64,000 bases of DNA. Source: Candidatus Omnitrophota bacterium. Its GTDB lineage: Bacteria; Omnitrophota; Gorgyraeia; JABMRG01. Below are positions 60,485 through 64,000 of the stretch, one piece after another (position 1 is the first letter of the stretch; each line of letters opens with the position of its first letter). The stretch covers positions 10,431-74,430 of the forward strand of contig JAQUQI010000002.1 in the NCBI GenBank assembly GCA_028716165.1, given 5' to 3'. The notes beneath the pieces are model-generated. The model made no database searches. It saw only the letters and a program-made list of their open reading frames with translations, and was not told where the DNA came from. The position numbers and the translations under genes were made by a program.

Positions 60485-61924
60485 GTGGTAAAAATGAAGA
60501 AAGAGCCAGTAAAGCCAATTGAGACAGACGCTCAAACCAGGTCCAAGGGTTTTGATGAGGTCGTGTCCGTTTATTCTGAAGAGCAGGCCCTTAATGAGGC
60601 CTCAAGGTGCCTGCAGTGCAAGAACCCTTCATGCAGTCAGGGCTGCCCTGTGGGAATAGACATAAAGAAATTTATTACTGAAATTGTTAACAAAGATTAT
60701 AAGTCCGCGTATCTTACCATCAGAGAAAAGAACAATTTCCCTTCCATATGCGGCAGGGTATGCCCGGCCGAATATCAATGCAGGAAGTCTTGCGTATTCA
60801 CAAAAAAAGGTGAACCTTTTGCCTCGGACAAGGCCATAAATATACATTTTCTGGAACGTTTCGCCGCGGATTTCGGGCTTAAGAATAATATTGACTTGCG
60901 CGCGCGTAAAGATGAAGGCCTGTCCCATTTCAAAGCCGCTGTAATAGGCTCCGGCCCGGCAGGCCTATCCTGCGCGGGAGAGCTTGCAAGGATGGGTGTC
61001 AAGGTAACCATTTTTGAGGCCCTGCATAAACCCGGCGGAGTTTTAAGGTACGGCATACCGCCATTCAGGCTTCCTCAAGATGTCCTTGATTTTGAGATCA
61101 ACTATCTTAAAAAATTAGGGGTTGAATTGCGGTGTAATATTATCATCGGTAAAACACTGACGATAGATGAACTTTTTGAACAGGGTTTTGATGCCGTGTT
61201 TCTTGGCCTTGGCGCCGGCGTGCCGTCGTTTCTTAATATACCCGGCGAGAACTTATGCAATGTTTATTCTGCCAATGAGTTTTTGACAAGGGTCAATCTG
61301 ATGGGCGCCTATAAATTCCCGGACTACCATACCCCTGTTAATATCGGCCCGCATATTATTATCATCGGCGGAGGGAATACTGCTATGGACGCGGCCAGGG
61401 TGGCCTTGAGATTGCAAAAGTTAAACGGTATGCCAGCCGATGTCAGCGTATTATACAGGAGGACGGAAAATGAGATGCCTGCACGCAGGCTTGAGATACA
61501 TCACGCCAGGGAAGAAGGTATACGTTTTGATTTTCTCGTCCAGCCCGTTGAATTTATAGGAGACGGAGCAAGGGGGAATGTGAAGTTTATTAAATGCCGC
61601 AGGTGCCGTCTCGGAGAGCCCGATAAAAGCGGCCGGCCCAGGCCTGTGCCGGTTGAAGGCAGTGAGTTTACTCTTGCCTGTGACCAGGCTGTAATAGCGG
61701 TAGGCCTTATGGCCAATCAAGTTCTTATACAGGCTACGCCGGAATTAAAGATAGATAAATATTCCGATATAATAGTTGATCCCGCGACAATGATGACATC
61801 AATTGATGCGGTTTATGCCGGCGGCGATGTCGTCGGCGGAGAAGGGACTGTAATTGAAGCCATGGGTATGGCAAAAAAGGCGGCCGCCGCCATAATAAAA
61901 AGATTTCGTGAAAAATCGGGATAA
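60485..61924 (+). CDS. NfnB/SudA-like (glutamate-synthase small-subunit-like) FAD/NAD(P) oxidoreductase with two [4Fe-4S] sites
   Basis: CLQCKNPSCSQGCP and CGRVCPAEYQCRKSC in the N-terminal part, then two Rossmann folds (AVIGSGPAGLSCA; IIIGGGNTAMDAA). Start is the GTG at 60485 or the ATG at 60494. Confidence 0.75.
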   Translation: MVKMKKEPVKPIETDAQTRSKGFDEVVSVYSEEQALNEASRCLQCKNPSCSQGCPVGIDIKKFITEIVNKDYKSAYLTIREKNNFPSICGRVCPAEYQCRKSCVFTKKGEPFASDKAINIHFLERFAADFGLKNNIDLRARKDEGLSHFKAAVIGSGPAGLSCAGELARMGVKVTIFEALHKPGGVLRYGIPPFRLPQDVLDFEINYLKKLGVELRCNIIIGKTLTIDELFEQGFDAVFLGLGAGVPSFLNIPGENLCNVYSANEFLTRVNLMGAYKFPDYHTPVNIGPHIIIIGGGNTAMDAARVALRLQKLNGMPADVSVLYRRTENEMPARRLEIHHAREEGIRFDFLVQPVEFIGDGARGNVKFIKCRRCRLGEPDKSGRPRPVPVEGSEFTLACDQAVIAVGLMANQVLIQATPELKIDKYSDIIVDPATMMTSIDAVYAGGDVVGGEGTVIEAMGMAKKAAAAIIKRFREKSG

Positions 61925-61942
61925 AAAACGGAGGTTTAAAAA

Positions 61943-63283
61943 ATGTCTGCGTATGTGGCAAAGGTTATTGATCAGGTAAAAAAACGCAATCCAAATGAGC
62001 CGGAATTCCACCAGGCGGTTGAAGAGGTTTTGTCAAGTCTGGAGCCTGTTCTTGAGCGTAATCCCGTATACGAGAAAGCAAAGATACTTGAACGCATAAC
62101 GGAGCCTGAAAGGGTCATAATATTCCGTGTCCCCTGGCTTGATGATAAAGGCGATATACAGGTAAACAGGGGTTTCCGCGTGCAATTTAACAGCGCTATA
62201 GGCCCCTATAAAGGAGGCCTTAGGCTTCATCCCACAGTGTATTTAGGATTGCTTAAATTCCTTGCCTTTGAACAGGTTTTTAAAAATTCTCTTACCACCC
62301 TTCCGATGGGCGGCGCCAAAGGGGGTTCTGATTTTGATCCCAAAGGAAAAACAGATAATGAGGTTATGCGTTTTTGCCAGTCATTTATGACGGAGCTTTT
62401 TAGGCATATAGGCCCTGATACGGACGTGCCCGCGGGCGATATAGGTGTAGGCGCCCGCGAAATAGGTTTTTTCTTCGGCCAATACAAAAGACTCAAAAAT
62501 GAATTTACAGGTGTTCTTACCGGTAAATCCCTGAATTGGGGCGGGTCATTGATAAGGCCCGAGGCTACAGGATACGGCGCTGTTTATTTCGCCCAGGAAA
62601 TGCTTGATACGAGAAAGGATTCTTTAAAAGGCAAGGTGTGCGTCGTGTCGGGTTCCGGGAACGTTGCCCAATATACGGTTGAAAAACTTAATCAATTTGG
62701 AGCAAAGCCCGTCACTCTTTCGGATTCTTCGGGTTTTATATACGATCCCAAAGGTATAACCGAAGAAAAACTGCGCTATGTTATGGAGCTTAAAAATGTC
62801 AGGCGCGGGCGTATTAAAGAATATGCCGCCAAATACGGAGTTGATTATTATGAAGGCAAAAAGCCATGGGGCATAAAATGCCAGGCGGTCTTTCCCGCGG
62901 CGACACAGAACGAGATAGACAAAGATGACGCGCAGGCCTTGCTGAAGAACGGATGTTTTCTTGTGGTTGAAGGCGCCAATATGCCAACAATGCCTGAAGC
63001 TGTCCGTAAATTTATCAAGGCAGGCATATTATACGGCCCCGGTAAAGCCGCCAACGCGGGTGGTGTCGCGACGTCAGGCCTTGAAATGAGCCAGAATTCA
63101 CAAAGGCTGGCCTGGACAAGAGACGAAGTTGATGCCAGATTAAAGCTTATAATGAAATCAATACATAGTTCGGTCAGGAAAGCGGCCGCCCAATACGGCC
63201 AGCCCGATAATTATGTCTTTGGCGCGAACATAGCCGGTTTTGTCAAGGTTGCCAACTCCGTGCTTGAACAAGGTGTTGTTTAA
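61943..63283 (+). CDS. gdhA: NADP-specific glutamate dehydrogenase
   Basis: Glu/Leu/Phe/Val dehydrogenase signature (LPMGGAKGGSDFDPKGK) and a Rossmann motif (GSGNVAQY). GGAGG SD. Confidence 0.9.
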   Translation: MSAYVAKVIDQVKKRNPNEPEFHQAVEEVLSSLEPVLERNPVYEKAKILERITEPERVIIFRVPWLDDKGDIQVNRGFRVQFNSAIGPYKGGLRLHPTVYLGLLKFLAFEQVFKNSLTTLPMGGAKGGSDFDPKGKTDNEVMRFCQSFMTELFRHIGPDTDVPAGDIGVGAREIGFFFGQYKRLKNEFTGVLTGKSLNWGGSLIRPEATGYGAVYFAQEMLDTRKDSLKGKVCVVSGSGNVAQYTVEKLNQFGAKPVTLSDSSGFIYDPKGITEEKLRYVMELKNVRRGRIKEYAAKYGVDYYEGKKPWGIKCQAVFPAATQNEIDKDDAQALLKNGCFLVVEGANMPTMPEAVRKFIKAGILYGPGKAANAGGVATSGLEMSQNSQRLAWTRDEVDARLKLIMKSIHSSVRKAAAQYGQPDNYVFGANIAGFVKVANSVLEQGVV

Positions 63284-63304
63284 AGGTATTTGCCATAGAC
63301 GGCA

Positions 63305-63330
63305 CGAATAGCGCGAATAGAAGCGAATAG
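63305..63330 (+). repeat. Three direct copies of CGAATAG at 9-10 nt spacing just upstream of the carB promoter
   Basis: cgaatagcg cgaatagaag cgaatag at 63305-63330. One helical-turn periodicity suggests a possible regulator binding array. Confidence 0.3.
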
Positions 63331-63341
63331 GTAGAAAAAGT

Positions 63342-63370
63342 TTGCCAGATATTTTTACCTATGTTATAAT
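63342..63370 (+). promoter_or_regulatory. Sigma70-type promoter TTGCCA-17-TATAAT upstream of carB
   Basis: TTGCCA at 63342-63347 and TATAAT at 63365-63370. The carB ATG is at 63402. Confidence 0.45.
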
Positions 63371-63401
63371 TACCGCTTAGTGCATATATACAAGGATTCC
63401 C

Positions 63402-64000
63402 ATGCCGAAAAGAAAAGACCTGCATAAGATACTTATAATCGGTTCAGGCCCTATAATAATAGGCCAGGCCTGCGAATTTGACTATTCAGGGACACAGGCC
63501 TGTAAGGCCCTGAAAGAACAGGGCTATGAAGTTGTTCTGGTAAACTCTAACCCCGCCACAATAATGACAGACCCCGCGACAGCGGACAAGACCTATATTG
63601 AACCTCTTACGGTTGAGACAATCAAAAAGATAATTGAAAAAGAAAGGCCCGACGCCCTACTGCCAAATCTCGGCGGCCAGACGGGTTTAAATCTTGCATC
63701 AAGTCTTTACAAAGCGGGGGTCCTTGATAAATATAATGTTGAGGTAATAGGGGTCAGGATTGACGCCATAGAGCGCGGCGAGGACAGAATAGCTTTTAAA
63801 CAAGCCATGAACGATATAGGTATACCCATGGCCGCGTCCGAACCGTGTTATTCCGTGGAGGAAGCGGAGAGGATAGCGGAAAGGCTTAAATATCCTGTTG
63901 TCTTAAGGCCTGCTTATACGTTAGGCGGCACAGGCGGAGGCATAGCCTATAATGTTGAAGAACTAAGGGAGATTACTGCCAGAGGCCTCGCGGCGAGCCT
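63402..64000 (+). CDS. carB: Carbamoyl-phosphate synthase large subunit, 5' fragment (runs off the window end)
   Basis: [49 protein letters not shown] is the canonical CarB N-terminus. Confidence 0.85.
   Translation, partial: MPKRKDLHKILIIGSGPIIIGQACEFDYSGTQACKALKEQGYEVVLVNSNPATIMTDPATADKTYIEPLTVETIKKIIEKERPDALLPNLGGQTGLNLASSLYKAGVLDKYNVEVIGVRIDAIERGEDRIAFKQAMNDIGIPMAASEPCYSVEEAERIAERLKYPVVLRPAYTLGGTGGGIAYNVEELREITARGLAAS

Overview
This 64 kb window is a chromosomal, gene-dense (~90% coding) housekeeping segment of a bacterium with about 45-50% GC. Every confident gene except rpmB lies on the + strand. Recognisable blocks are: SpoIID-like, queA, tgt, yajC, secDF, a CDF transporter and recJ; otsA-otsB; rpmB divergent from recG; rsmD, coaD, pta, ackA, yceD and mtnP; ileS, a DksA/TraR zinc finger, lspA, lgt and rluD; aroA; the rod-shape cluster mreBCD-mrdA-rodA; a TIGR03960 radical SAM gene, a short DUF2344-like ORF, rng, rplU, rpmA, obg, proB, proA and nadD; a Nif3-like gene, dnaG and rpoD; and glnA, an icd-family gene, nfnAB-like genes, gdhA and the 5' end of carB. 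Parts of this order resemble Firmicutes/Clostridia-type synteny. I found no tRNA, rRNA, CRISPR array, transposase or integrase. Several intergenic regions carry near-consensus sigma70 promoters of the form TTGACA-17-TATAAT. The standout is a compositional island at roughly 41.3-48.2 kb whose core (44.65-48.15 kb) is far more AT-rich than its flanks (estimated by eye at ~30% GC versus ~45-50%). It holds an FtsX/ABC exporter pair, a stand-alone FabF-like ketosynthase, a dedicated acyl carrier protein, a soluble class-I HMG-CoA-reductase-fold protein whose catalytic Glu and probably His are replaced, and a GMC-type flavoprotein with an embedded ferredoxin-like Cys motif. Two tandem 7TM-GAF-HD-GYP genes follow, and the first looks compositionally chimeric. 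I regard this as a candidate horizontally acquired, undescribed ACP-dependent lipid or metabolite biosynthesis module, possibly coupled to export and signalling. Other loci worth a second look are a tandem pair of membrane-anchored coiled-coil paralogs (24.0-25.6 kb) and a pilin-like gene plus noncoding DNA inserted into the radical-SAM/DUF2344/rng block.
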